A DNA stretch of 64,000 bases from assembly GCA_051362555.1 (NCBI GenBank), contig JBPQGU010000016.1:4898001-4962000 (forward strand), in the 5' to 3' direction. Position 1 is the first letter of the stretch. Every line of letters starts with the position of its first letter. The position numbers and the translations under genes were made by a program. The notes beneath the pieces were generated by a model. It saw nothing but the letters and a program-made list of their open reading frames with translations, had not been told where the DNA came from and did no database searches. The DNA is from Lingula anatina. Lineage: Eukaryota > Animalia > Brachiopoda. Shown here piece by piece: positions 50,401-62,890 of the stretch.

Positions 50401-53400
50401 TAGATTCTGTTCTCAGAGCTTATTTTTGGATCATCTTTAAAGCTAGAATTGGGGGCCTTGATGAAGTGACCCGGGCGCGTTTCCACATTTTTTATGAATG
50501 ACAGGTGTGGTAGATTGATTTTCGTCACTTCTTGGAAAAATCGGAGACGGGTCGATTTTTGGTGATTTTGAGTGATTTTGAACAGTGCCGGCACTGTGAG
50601 ATTTCTTCAATTTTGGCCAGGTAGGGATGAAAATTTTTTTTCTTCATTATAGTGTCAGGTAGGCGTGTTCGGTCATTTGTAGTAAGAATAAAGTGCTGGA
50701 AGAGTGGTGGTGTCAACATTAAGGAAGAAATAGAGCAAAAACTCTGTCTCCCCCCCCCCCCCCCCCCCTCTTAGATTCTGTTCTCAGAGCTTATTTTTGG
50801 ATCATCTTTAAAGCTAGAATTGGGGGCCTTGATGAAGTGACCCGGGCGCGTTTCCACATTTTTTATGAATGACAGGTGTGGTAGATTGATTTTCGTCACT
50901 TTTTGGAAAAATCGGAGACGGGTCGATTTTTGGTGATTTTGAGTGATTTTGAACAGTGCCGGCACTGTGAGATTTCTTCAATTTTGGCCAGGTAGGGATG
51001 AAAATTTTTTTTCTTCATTATAGTGTCAGGTAGGTGTGTTCGGTCATTTGTAGTAAGAATAAAATGCTGGAAGAGTGGTGGTGTCAACATTAAGGAAGAA
51101 ATAGAGCAAAAACTCTGTCTCCCCCCCCCCCTCTCAGATTCTGTTCTCAGAGCTTATTTTTGGATCATCTTTAAAGCTAGAATTGGGGACCTTGATGAAG
51201 TGACCCGGGCACGTTTCCACATTTTTTATGAATGACAGGTGTGGTAGATTGATTTTCATCACTTTTTGGAAAAATCGGAGACGAGTCGATTTTTGGTGAT
51301 TTTGAGTGATTTTGAACAGTGCCGGCACTGTGAGATTTCTTCAATTTTGGCCAGGTAGGGATGAAAATTTTTTTTCTTCATTATAGTGTCAGGTAGGTGT
51401 GTTCGGTCATTTGTAGTAAGAATAAAGTGCTGGAAGAGTGGTGGTGTCAACATTAAGGAAGAAATAGAGCAAAAACTCTGTCTCCCCCCCCCCCCCCCCC
51501 CCTCTTAGATTCTGTTCTCAGAGCTTATTTTTGGATCATCTTTAAAGCTAGAATTGGGGGCCTTGATGAAGTGACCCGGGCGCGTTTCCACATTTTTTAT
51601 GAATGACAGGTGTGGTAGATTGATTTTCGTCACTTCATGGAAAAATCGGAGACGGGTCGATTTTTGGTGATTTTGAGTGATTTTGAACAGTGCCGGCACT
51701 GTGAGATTTCTTCAATTTTGGCCAGGTAGGGATGAAAATTTTTTTTCTTCATTATAGTGTCAGGTAGGTGTGTTCGGTCATTTGTAGTAAGAATAAAGTG
51801 CTGGAAGAGTGGTGGTGTCAACATTAAGGAAGAAATAGAGCAAAAACTCTGTCTCCCCCCCCCCCCCCCCCTCTTAGATTCTGTTCTCAGAGCTTATTTT
51901 TGGATCATCTTTAAAGCTAGAATTGGGGGCCTTGATGAAGTGACCCGGGCGCGTTTCCACATTTTTTATGAATGACAGGTGTGGTAGATTGATTTTCGTC
52001 ACTTTTTGGAAAAATCGGAGACGGGTCGATTTTTGGTGATTTTGAGTGATTTTGAACAGTGCCGGCACTGTGAGATTTCTTCAATTTTGGCCAGGTAGGG
52101 ATGAAAAATTTTTTTCTTCATTATAGTGTCAGGTAGGTGTGTTCGGTCATTTGTAGTAAGAATAAAGTGCTGGAAGAGTGGTGGTGTCAACATTAAGGAA
52201 GAAATAGAGCAAAAACTCTGTTTCCCCCCCCCCTCTCAGATTCTGTTCTCAGAGCTTATTTTTGGATCATCTTTAAAGCTAGAATTGGGGGCCTTGATGA
52301 AGTGACCCGGGCGCGTTTCCACATTTTTTATGAATGACAGGTGTGGTAGATTGATTTTCGTCACTTTTTGGAAAAATCGGAGACGGATCGATTTTTGGTG
52401 ATTTTGAGTGATTTTGAACAGTGCCGGCACTGTGAGATTTCTTCAATTTTGGCCAGGTAGGGATGTAAATTTTTTTTCTTCATTATAGTGTCAGGTAGGT
52501 GTGTTCGGTCATTTGTAGTAAGAATAAAGTGCTGGAAGAGTGGTGGTGTCAACATTAAGGAAGAAATAGAGCAAAAACTCTGTCTCCCCCCACCCCCCCC
52601 CCTCTCAGATTCTGTTCTCAGAGCTTATTTTTGGATCATCTTTAAAGCTAGAATTGGGGGCCTTGATGAAGTGACCCGGGCGCGTTTCCACATTTTTTAT
52701 GAATGACAGGTGTGGTAGATTGATTTTCGTCACTTTTTGGAAAAATCGGAGACGGATTGATTTTTGGTGATTTTGAGTGATTTTGAACAGTGCCAGCACT
52801 GTGAGATTTCTTCAATTTTGGCCAGGTAGGGATGAAAATTTTTTTTCTTCATTATAGTGTCAGGTAGGTGTGTTCGGTCATTTGTAGTAAGAATAAAGTG
52901 CTGGAAGAATGGTGGTGTCAACATTAAGGAAGAAATAGAGCAAAAACTCTGTCTCCCCCCCCCCCCCCCCCCCTCTCAGATTCTGTTCTCAGAGCTTATT
53001 TTTGGATCATCTTTAAAGCTAGAATTGGGGGCCTTGATGAAGTGACCCGGGCGCGTTTCCACATTTTTTATGAATGACAGGTGTGGTAGATTGATTTTCG
53101 TCACTTTTTGGAAAAATCGGAGACGGATTGATTTTTGGTGATTTTGAGTGATTTTGAACAGTGCCAGCACTGTGAGATTTCTTCAATTTTGGCCAGGTAG
53201 GGATGAAAATTTTTTTTCTTCATTATAGTGTCAGGTAGGTGTGTTCGGTCATTTGTAGTAAGAATAAAGTGCTGGAAGAGTGGTGGTGTCAACATTAAGG
53301 AAGAAATAGAGCAAAAACTCTGTCTCCTCCCCCCCCCCCTCTCAGATTCTGTTCTCAGAGCTTATTTTTGGATCATCTTTAAAGCTAGAATTGGGGGCCT

Positions 53401-56400
53401 TGATGAAGTGACCCGGGCGCGTTTCCACATTTTTAATGAATGACAGGTGTGGTAGATTGATTTTCGTCACTTTTTGGAAAAATCGGAGACGGATCGATTT
53501 TTGGTGATTTTGAGTGATTTTGAACAGTGCCGGCACTGTGAGATTTCTTCAATTTTGGCCAGGTAGGGATGAAAATTTTTTTTTCTTCATTATAGTGTCA
53601 GGTAGGTGTGTTCGGTCATTTGTAGTAAGAATAAAGTGCTGGAAGAGTGGTGGTGTCAACATTAAGGAAGAAATAGAGCAAAAACTCTGTCTCCCCCCCC
53701 CCCCTCTCAGATTCTGTTCTCAGAGCTTATTTTTGGATCATCTTTAAAGCTAGAATTGGGGGCCTTGATGAAGTGACCCAGGCGCGTTTCCACATTTTTT
53801 ATGAATGACAGGTGTGGTAGATTGATTTTTGTCACTTTTTGGAAAAATCGGAGACGGGTCGATTTTTGGTGATTTTGAGTGATTTTGAACAGTGCCGGCA
53901 CTGTGAGATTTCTTCAATTTTGGCCAGGTAGGGATGAAAATTTTTTTTCTTCATTATAGTGTCAGGTAGGTGTGTTCGGTCATTTGTAGTAAGAATAAAG
54001 TGCTGGAAGAGTGGTGGTGTCAACATTAAGGAAGAAATAGAGCAAAAACTCTGTCTCCCCCCCCCCCTCTCAGATTCTGTTCTCAGAGCTTATTTTTGGA
54101 TCATCTTTAAAGCTAGAATTGGGGGCCTTGATGAAGTGACCCGGGCGCGTTTCCACATTTTTTATGAATGACAGGTGTGGTAGATTGATTTTCGTCACTT
54201 TTTGGAAAAATCGGAGACGGGTCGATTTTTGGTGATTTTGAGTGATTTTGAACAGTGCCAGCACTGTGAGATTTCTTCAATTTTGGCCAGGTAGGGATGA
54301 AAATTTTTTTTCTTCATTATAGTGTCAGATAGGTGTGTTCGGTCATTTGTAGTAAGAATAAAGTGCTGGAAGAGTGGTGGTGTCAACATTAAGGAAGAAA
54401 TAGAGCAAAAACTCTGTCTCCCCCCCCCCCCCCCTCTCAGATTCTGTTCTCAGAGCTTATTTTTGGATCATCTTTAAAGCTAGAATTGGGGGCCTTGATG
54501 AAGTGACCCGGGCGCGTTTCCACATTTTTTATGAATGACAGGTGTGGTAGATTGATTTTCGTCACTTTTTGGAAAAATCGGAGACGGATTGATTTTTGGT
54601 GATTTTGAGTGATTTTGAACAGTGCCAGCACTGTGAGATTTCTTCAATTTTGGCCAGATAGGGATGAAAATTTTTTTTCTTCATTATAGTGTCAGGTAGG
54701 TGTGTTCGGTCATTTGTAGTAAGAATAAAGTGCTGGAAGAGTGGTGGTGTCAACATTAAGGAAGAAATAGAGCAAAAACTCTGTCTCCCCCCCCCCCCTC
54801 TCAGATTCTGTTCTCAGAGCTTATTTTTGGATCATCTTTAAAGCTAGAATTGGGGGCCTTGATGAAGTGACCCGGGCGCGTTTCCACATTTTTAATGAAT
54901 GACAGGTGTGGTAGATTGATTTTCGTCACTTTTTGGAAAAATCGGAGACGGATCGATTTTTGGTGATTTTGAGTGATTTTGAACAGTGCGGCACTGTGAG
55001 ATTTCTTCAATTTTGGCCAGGTAGGGATGAAAATTTTTTTTCTTCATTATAGTGTCAGGTAGGTGTGTTCGGTCATTTGTAGTAAGAATAAAGTGCTGGA
55101 AGAGTGGTGGTGTCAACATTAAGGAAGAAATAGAGCAAAAACTCTGTCTCCCCCCCCCCCTCTCAGATTCTGTTCTCAGAGCTTATTTTTGGATCATCTT
55201 TAAAGCTAGAATTGGGGGCCTTGATGAAGTGACCCAGGCGCGTTTCCACATTTTTTATGAATGACAGGTGTGGTAGATTGATTTTTGTCACTTTTTGGAA
55301 AAATCGGAGACGGGTCGATTTTTGGTGATTTTGAGTGATTTTGAACAGTGCCGGCACTGTGAGATTTCTTCAATTTTGGCCAGGTAGGGATGAAAATTTT
55401 TTTTCTTCATTATAGTGTCAGGTAGGTGTGTTCGGTCATTTGTAGTAAGAATAAAGTGCTGGAAGAGTGGTGGTGTCAACATTAAGGAAGAAATAGAGCA
55501 AAAACTCTGTCTCCCCCCCCCCCCCTCTCAGATTCTGTTCTCAGAGCTTATTTTTGGATCATCTTTAAAGCTAGAATTGGGGGCCTTGATGAAGTGACCC
55601 GGGCGCGTTTCCACATTTTTTATGAATGACAAGGTGTGGTAGATTGATTTTCGTCACTTTTTGGAAAAATCGGAGACGGATCGATTTTTGGTGATTTTGA
55701 GTGATTTTGAACAGTGCCGGCACTGTGAGATTTCTTCAATTTTGGCCAGGTAGGGATGAAAATTTTTTTTCTTCATTATAGTGTCAGGTAGGTGTGTTCG
55801 GTCATTTGTAGTAAGAATAAAGTGCTGGAAGAGTGGTGGTGTCAACATTAAGGAAGAAATAGAGCAAAAACTCTGTCTCCCCCCCCCCCTCTCAGATTCT
55901 GTTCTCAGAGCTTATTTTTGGATCATCTTTAAAGCTAGAATTGGGGCCTTGATGAAGTGACCCGGGCGCGTTTCCACATTTTTAATGAATGACAGGTGTG
56001 GTAGATTATTTTCGTCACTTTTTGGAAAAATCGGAGACGGGTCGATTTTTGGTGATTTTGAGTGATTTTGAACAGTGCCGGCACTGTGAGATTTCTTCAA
56101 TTTTGGCCAGGTAGGGATGAAAATTTTTTTTCTTCATTATAGTGTCAGGTAGGTGTGTTCGGTCATTTGTAGTAAGAATAAAGTGCTGGAAGAGTGGTGG
56201 TGTCAACATTAAGGAAGAAATAGAGCAAAAACTCTGTCTCCCCCCCCCCCCTCTCAGATTCTGTTCTCAGAGCTTATTTTTGGGTCATCTTTAAAGCTAG
56301 AATTGGGGGCCTTGATGAAGTGACCCGGGCGCGTTTCCACATTTTTTATGAATGACAGGTGTGGTAGATTGATTTTCGTCACTTTTTGGAAAAATCGGAG

Positions 56401-58053
56401 ACGGGTCGATTTTTGGTGATTTTGAGTGATTTTGAACAGTGCCGGCACTGTGAGATTTCTTCAATTTTGGCCAGGTATTGATGAAAATTTTTTTTCTTCA
56501 TTATAGTGTCAGGTAGGTGTGTTCGGTCATTTGTAGTAAGAATAAAGTGCTGGAAGAGTGGTGGTGTCAACATTAAGGAAGAAATAGAGCAAAAACTCTG
56601 TCTCCCCCCCCCCCTCTCAGATTCTGTTCTCAGAGCTTATTTTTGGATCATCTTTAAAGCTAGAATTGGGGGCCTTGATGAAGTGACCCGGGCGCGTTTC
56701 CACATTTTTTATGAATGACAGGTGTGGTAGATTGATTTTCGTCACTTTTTGGAAAAATCGGAGACGGGTCGATTTTTGGTGATTTTGAGTGATTTTGAAC
56801 AGTGCCGGCACTGTGAGATTTCTTCAATTTTGGCCAGGTAGGGATGAAAATTTTTTTTCTTCATTATAGTGTCAGGTAGGTGTGTTCGGTCATTTGTAGT
56901 AAGAATAAAGTGCTGGAAGAGTGGTGGTGTCAACATTAAGGAAGAAATAGAGCAAAAACTCTGTCTCTCCCCCCCCCCTCTCAGATTCTGTTCTCAGAGC
57001 TTATTTTTGGATCATCTTTAAAGCTAGAATTGGGGGCCTTGATGAAGTGACCCGGGCGCGTTTCCACATTTTTTATGAATGACAGGTGTGGTAGATTGAT
57101 TTTCGTCACTTTTTGGAAAAATTGGAGACGGGTCGATTTTTGGTGATTTTGAGTGATTTTGAACAGTGCCGGCACTGTGAGATTTCTTCAATTTTGGCCA
57201 GGTAGGGATGAAAATTTTTTTTCTTCATTATAGTGTCAGGTAGGTGTGTTCGGTCATTTGTAGTAAGAATAAAGTGCTGGAAGAGTGGTGGTGTCAACAT
57301 TAAGGAAGAAATAGAGCAAAAACTCTGTCTCCCCCCCCCCCCTCTCAGATTCTGTTCTCAGAGCTTATTTTTGGATCATCTTTAAAGCTAGAATTGGGGG
57401 CCTTGATGAAGTGACCCGGGCGCGTTTCCACATTTTTTATGAATGACAGGTGTGGTAGATTGATTTTCGTCACTTTTTGGAAAAATCGGAGACGGGTCGA
57501 TTTTTGGTGATTTTGAGTGATTTTGAACAGTGCCGGCACTGTGAGATTTCTTCAATTTTGGCCAGGTAGGGATGAAATTTTTTTTCTTCATTATAGTGTC
57601 AGGTAGGTGTGTTCGGTCATTTGTAGTAAGAATAAAGTGCTGGAAGAGTGGTGGTGTCAACATTAAGGAAGAAATAGAGCAAAAACTCTGTCTCCCCCCC
57701 CCCCCCCTCTCAGATTCTGTTCTCAGAGCTTATTTTTGGATCATCTTTAAAGCTAGAATTGGGGGCCTTGATGAAGTGACCCGGGCGCGTTTCCACATTT
57801 TTTATGAATGACAGGTGTGGTAGATTGATTTTCGTCACTTTTTGGAAAAATCGGAGACGGGTCGATTTTTGGTGATTTTGAGTGATTTTGAACAGTGCCG
57901 GCACTGTGAGATTTCTTCAATTTTGGCCAGGTAGGGATGAAATTTTTTTTTCTTCATTATAGTGTCAGGTAGGTATGTTCGGTCATTTGTAGTAAGAATA
58001 AAGTGCTGGAAGAGTGGTGGTGTCAACATTATGGAAGAAATAGAGCAAAAACT
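41476..58053. repeat. Satellite DNA array 2, same monomer and orientation, ~45 copies, both junctions visible
   Basis: Starts abruptly mid-monomer at TTGGCCAGGTAGGG and ends at GAGCAAAAACT, the same junction as array 1. Confidence 0.99.
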
Positions 58054-58872
58054 ATTTATACAGATTCCTGCTATATTATTATTTTATCTTTAATTTATCG
58101 AATTTTATGATGCCTTTCCTATATACATAGTCCTTTTTAAAAATAATTACCGTATCAGTTTTTTAAAACTTAGAACAAAAGTTTTCAGTTTGTCTGTCTT
58201 TTTTATTCCAGCAATTTCAGCAGCCATTACTGTTCCCGAGACACCTTGCCTGTGCTATCAAACGAATCCTGTTACTTACAGCACAGGAGCACCAAAGAGT
58301 TTGAAGAGTGCTTTACAAGTCATCAGTCAAATTAAAAAGAAATGGTCTTAGCTTTGCAAACCGGTGTCAAAGGGTCAAATCAAGTATTCCAAGCCTTCCA
58401 AGGACTAGTATGATGTAAGTCAGTATGGACAATATATTAAAGGTCCAAAAGCATCAAAGTCTTTAAGGTACTCGCCCCACGCCGCAGCATGTCATCGAAG
58501 AAATGACCCCTTGATGATAGGGGTATGGATTGCAAGTGTTCTGGAGGCTCCAAGACAACTGTCTATAGCAGGTTCTGGTACTTGCATAGTGGGTCTTCAA
58601 ACCCTTGGTATAGAAAGTACAAACCAGCAGCTTAATCTGGAAGTTAAAAAGAAAAAACAGCCATAAGTCCATGCATTAAAATCATGTTGAAATCTCTTTT
58701 TGGAAATTAGAAAAACGACTATTGCAATTATTAGAGAAGGCTTAATTAACTTTGAGTGTGCATTTTTTATGAACTGATACTTCCTTGTGAACAAAAACTC
58801 TGAAAAGATTTCCACATTTTGTATTTTGGCAATAATGAGAAATGAATGAACATTCATTGATTAATTATTATC

Positions 58873-58908
<36 letters not shown>

Positions 58909-60394
58909 TTTTTTTTTTTGCTATTTCCACTTGAGGGTGCTTACGCAAATTTGGCAGATTTCCCAAGTTTTGGGTTAAAAGCACAATTTTGTTATTTTGG
59001 GTCTTTATGAGGTAATGTGATTTTGTCAGCATATTAGTTAAATGAACAACTTTGTCTGGATGCCCCACTCCTGCCTCAAATGAGATTTTAAAAGCAAACA
59101 TCAATATCTATAAAGACAGGTTTTAATGCTTATTTTGAACACATTTCACATAAATCACATTTCACATGATGATCTGGGCTGATTTTGTCAAAGTTAAAGA
59201 AACCCCATTTTGAACACTGATGACAATTTAAGTAAAACCATGTTACTCATGGATCTCAATCTTACAGAAAAGGTAAATTGAACTGAAATACAGCTTGAGT
59301 TAGAAAACTGAACTGATTGCATTCTTTTTCTGAGAGTTATTTATTTATTTAATTATCATCATTATTATTATTTATTATTATTATTATTTTCAAAATATTT
59401 TTTTTCACATATTAGCATTTTCTTCGTGAGACTTGGAACTCCCACGGGATGAAATTCCAGCTCCCACTCTCAAGCCCCTGGGGAGCTTTTTGAAATAATA
59501 TAAAGATGAAATTTGGGTCTTTTTAAAATAATTAAAATAATGATGTCAGGAAGGTGTGTTTTGTTTTTTCTAGCCATCCACAAGTAAATTGTTTTTTTTT
59601 TTTTTTTTAAATATTTCTTGTGAATTAAAAAAATATTTTTCCATCCCCCTCCCCAACCTCAAACCCCTGAGGAGCTTTTTGAAGTACTATAAAGATGCAC
59701 TTTGGGGATTTAATGATGAGATGTTGATATGTTTAGACAATTATTGTGAATGATCCCTTTCCGTCTCAGCACTGATACTCCTCCGCACCATTACTCCCTC
59801 GCACCGATAGGCCTATACTACCCCTTACACTCCATCGACCTCACCCGCATCTTAAAGCTCCAGCTGCCACGATACTCTCTCACAGCCTTTGCAATTGGTT
59901 AAAACTGCTACCAACAAAACACAATGATTGATCTAAAAACTCTCGAAATACTATTTTTCCGAAAGTGCACCACCCTCTTGGGACCCAAAAGTGACACATT
60001 TCATTAGAAATATTGTGGAAAACTAAGGGAATTACTAAAGTTGGTCTGCTTAGTAACAAAGTACATAGTCGATCTAATATGTATGCAGCTCGGCTTTGTG
60101 ATTATTAAGAAATATCTGTATACTTCACTTCGTTCTTCAACAGTGGTTACTGTATACAATATGTGCATCTTCTTCTTGATTTGTTTATTAATTATTTTAC
60201 TAAAAGTATGTTTTTAACAGAAGATAGCAAAGACGACATAATCTTTTCTTCAGGGGCCACTCTATTCGTAAAAGAAATTGAAACAACAACAACAACAACA
60301 AAAAATTGTTTAAGCGAGAAATTGCCGCCTTTGTCCTCCTGGAAATGTGAGATTCTACAATTTACGCTGTCCTTGGGCGATTGTAGGAACCACT

Positions 60395-60407
60395 CAGTGG
60401 TTCAGTG
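60395..60407. other. Transposon excision footprint with palindromic additions
   Basis: GAACCACT-CAGTGGTTCAGTG-ACTGAAC at the site occupied by the 24889-25056 MITE in copy 1; the filler is the reverse complement of both flanks. Confidence 0.85.
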
Positions 60408-62890
60408 ACTGAACACCTACAGTATAATGCGCTTAAATTACTGTTTTTTCTTTACGGTTCTGTTTGTAATAGAAATCTAGGACAGAAAAAATTACAACTT
60501 GAATGTAACATCATAAATCCTTAAAAATAGATGACAAATCCGATTGTGTTTATTGCCAGTATGCAGCAAGATCGTTATTAAGAAATCAATAACGAACAGC
60601 TCTCAGGGGCGAATCCAGGATTTCGAAGACTAGGTGGTTAGTTTTTATTGACCCCGCTTCTACGTGGACGGAACGGTTCATTTTTAACATTGAATTAATT
60701 AATTGAATTAATATTCATTAAAATTAAATCAAATAAAATAACGATGCATGATGATTAGTAATGCAAGATTTATGCCGCAAAGTCGCTTGTCAGACTACAT
60801 CTAAGATGATCTCACGACATACTCGGGTATGGCTGTTTAGATGTAGGGGGTAGAGGCACTATTTGAAGGCAGCTGAAAGTTCGATGGCATTTAGCATTAC
60901 ATGGTCCATTTCTCAGTAAAGAATACTAAATAAAGAAATTATACATACTTCAGGATGGCTCACTGCGGTTTTCGTCCACACATAGGCAACCAGTAATTCG
61001 GACTCTACTAGCGATAATGTAAACACACCTTGAATGCCCATTTATATATTTGTTTTTCTAGTTAAACTTAGCAATGTGTATTAATTTTGTTCGAAAAAAA
61101 AAGCATTCCACTGTAATTTGCGACCGCGTCCATGTGCACCAATGCAGGCCTATTCTATTTATGGAGATGGTCACATAATCAGCAAAACGGAAACTTAACT
61201 GGTACATGTACAAGTTTCGAAATAAAATGTTTGTCAAACCTTTATAATATCTAGAGCTTTTGTTGTTTGAAACATGTTTAACTAAAATGTAAGAAAAACT
61301 AAAAAAGTAAGCAGCAAGCTGGTAGGCAGTAAGTGAAAGCCTGGTCTGAACACTGAATTTCTAGGTAACCATGTATTTTTCACACCCCCTAATTTCATTT
61401 CCACAACGATCCGTGAATGAGGTTAAAAAGCAATAACATACTTGTGTGACAGGACAAAATGCTTTGTTTATTACGCCACTTTATCTTGTCAAATGAAGCA
61501 TGAATTTGAAAAACCATGAAAACTAGAGGATCAGAGAGGTGATACCGCCTGAGGGTATTGTACCACCAGCTGGAGTAAGCTCATTCGTATAGAAAAGTGA
61601 AAAAAGGGACACCACCTCCAGTGTTGTGCTTGACAAGCTCTACATGCAGTAAGCAAAAGTTCTAAATAGTTTTGTTGAAAATTACCATTTAAAACAAAAT
61701 CATGAGGAAAAGTAAAAGTTTAAATTCAAATTTGTGAAGTGCAGTTCATGGCAAAAAGTAGGTCAAAGCTCAATTTCAAGAACACAGATTGTCAGCATAT
61801 GACTGCCTATTCAAGTTCAATAGTGATTATGGGCATATCTCTGCTAGTTTTGGAGATAGAAAAGTTGCAAAGTTGCGCGGCTCATGATAAAATCGCCACC
61901 TTTTAAAATTTCCAGTTGCACTAAGTGCACGTGGTTTGCAGATTAATTTTAGCCATTAAGAGCGTTAGATTGAAACCTTTTGCCGCTACAAATACAACAA
62001 CTTGATTGATATCTTAGGCGATTATCAAAAACAGACAATAGCAAGAATCACTTACCTGCTGTAGGTTACAGGATTATTTGAAGGGGGGTCCACGGATGCA
62101 AAACCGACCCTTATCTTAGAGGGCGAACGGTGCTATTTGGTACTTTTTAGAACTATGATTCGGCTAGAGAAAATACTTATTTCATAAGGGGACCATCGGT
62201 GTGATTATTTTTAGAAACTGAAGGGGAGGAGGTCAGGACCCCCTGACCCCCCCCCCTCCCAATCCGCCACTGCAACTACCAATGGACCTCGGTGGACACA
62301 GGTTAATTACATATTTGGCATTTGTGTCATAGTTTGTGCATTTAAGCTTTAAACTTAAGTTTTATAAATATTAAAGTACCTACCCTTTAACGCGAAGTAA
62401 GAATCACGGTCAGCCACCTTTGTTTATGAGACAGTAATCAGTGTTACGCCGACGACCATCACCTGATGTATTGAATTAAACGAGTGGAGTAGTAACGAAC
62501 CCTTGGAACGAATTTGAGAAATAAGCAAACCTGACTTTATCGAGTGTAGGGGAGTTCGATTTTCTAAAAAAAATGTACATTATATTTATAAAAATTCAGT
62601 CGGGGTCGAAACTCCCCCCCCCCCCCCCGCCCCCACCGACCCTCCTAAATCCACCACTGGCACAAATCTTTTGTCCTGTACCACCTTAACTGCGTCACGT
62701 CCAGCTCGATGTAGCGAGTCAATAGAAATATAATTTCAATCGGTTGACGAGAGGAATTAAAGTGAAATTAATTTCTCTCTGGTTATGACACGCCAGAAGA
62801 GGGCGGGATTGATGTAGGGGAGTTTTCGTGTCATTTAGGCGATTGACACGGTACTGTTAACACGCTTATGATTACGACTCCGTAGACGAC

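Noticed and set aside
183-58029. Hundreds of repeated 60-70-aa ORFs (MPALFK..., MLTPPL..., MSGRCV...) as a tandem gene family
   Set aside because: They overlap in several frames and both strands, mostly use non-ATG starts, shift frame with poly-C length and show no known domain; they are satellite translations.
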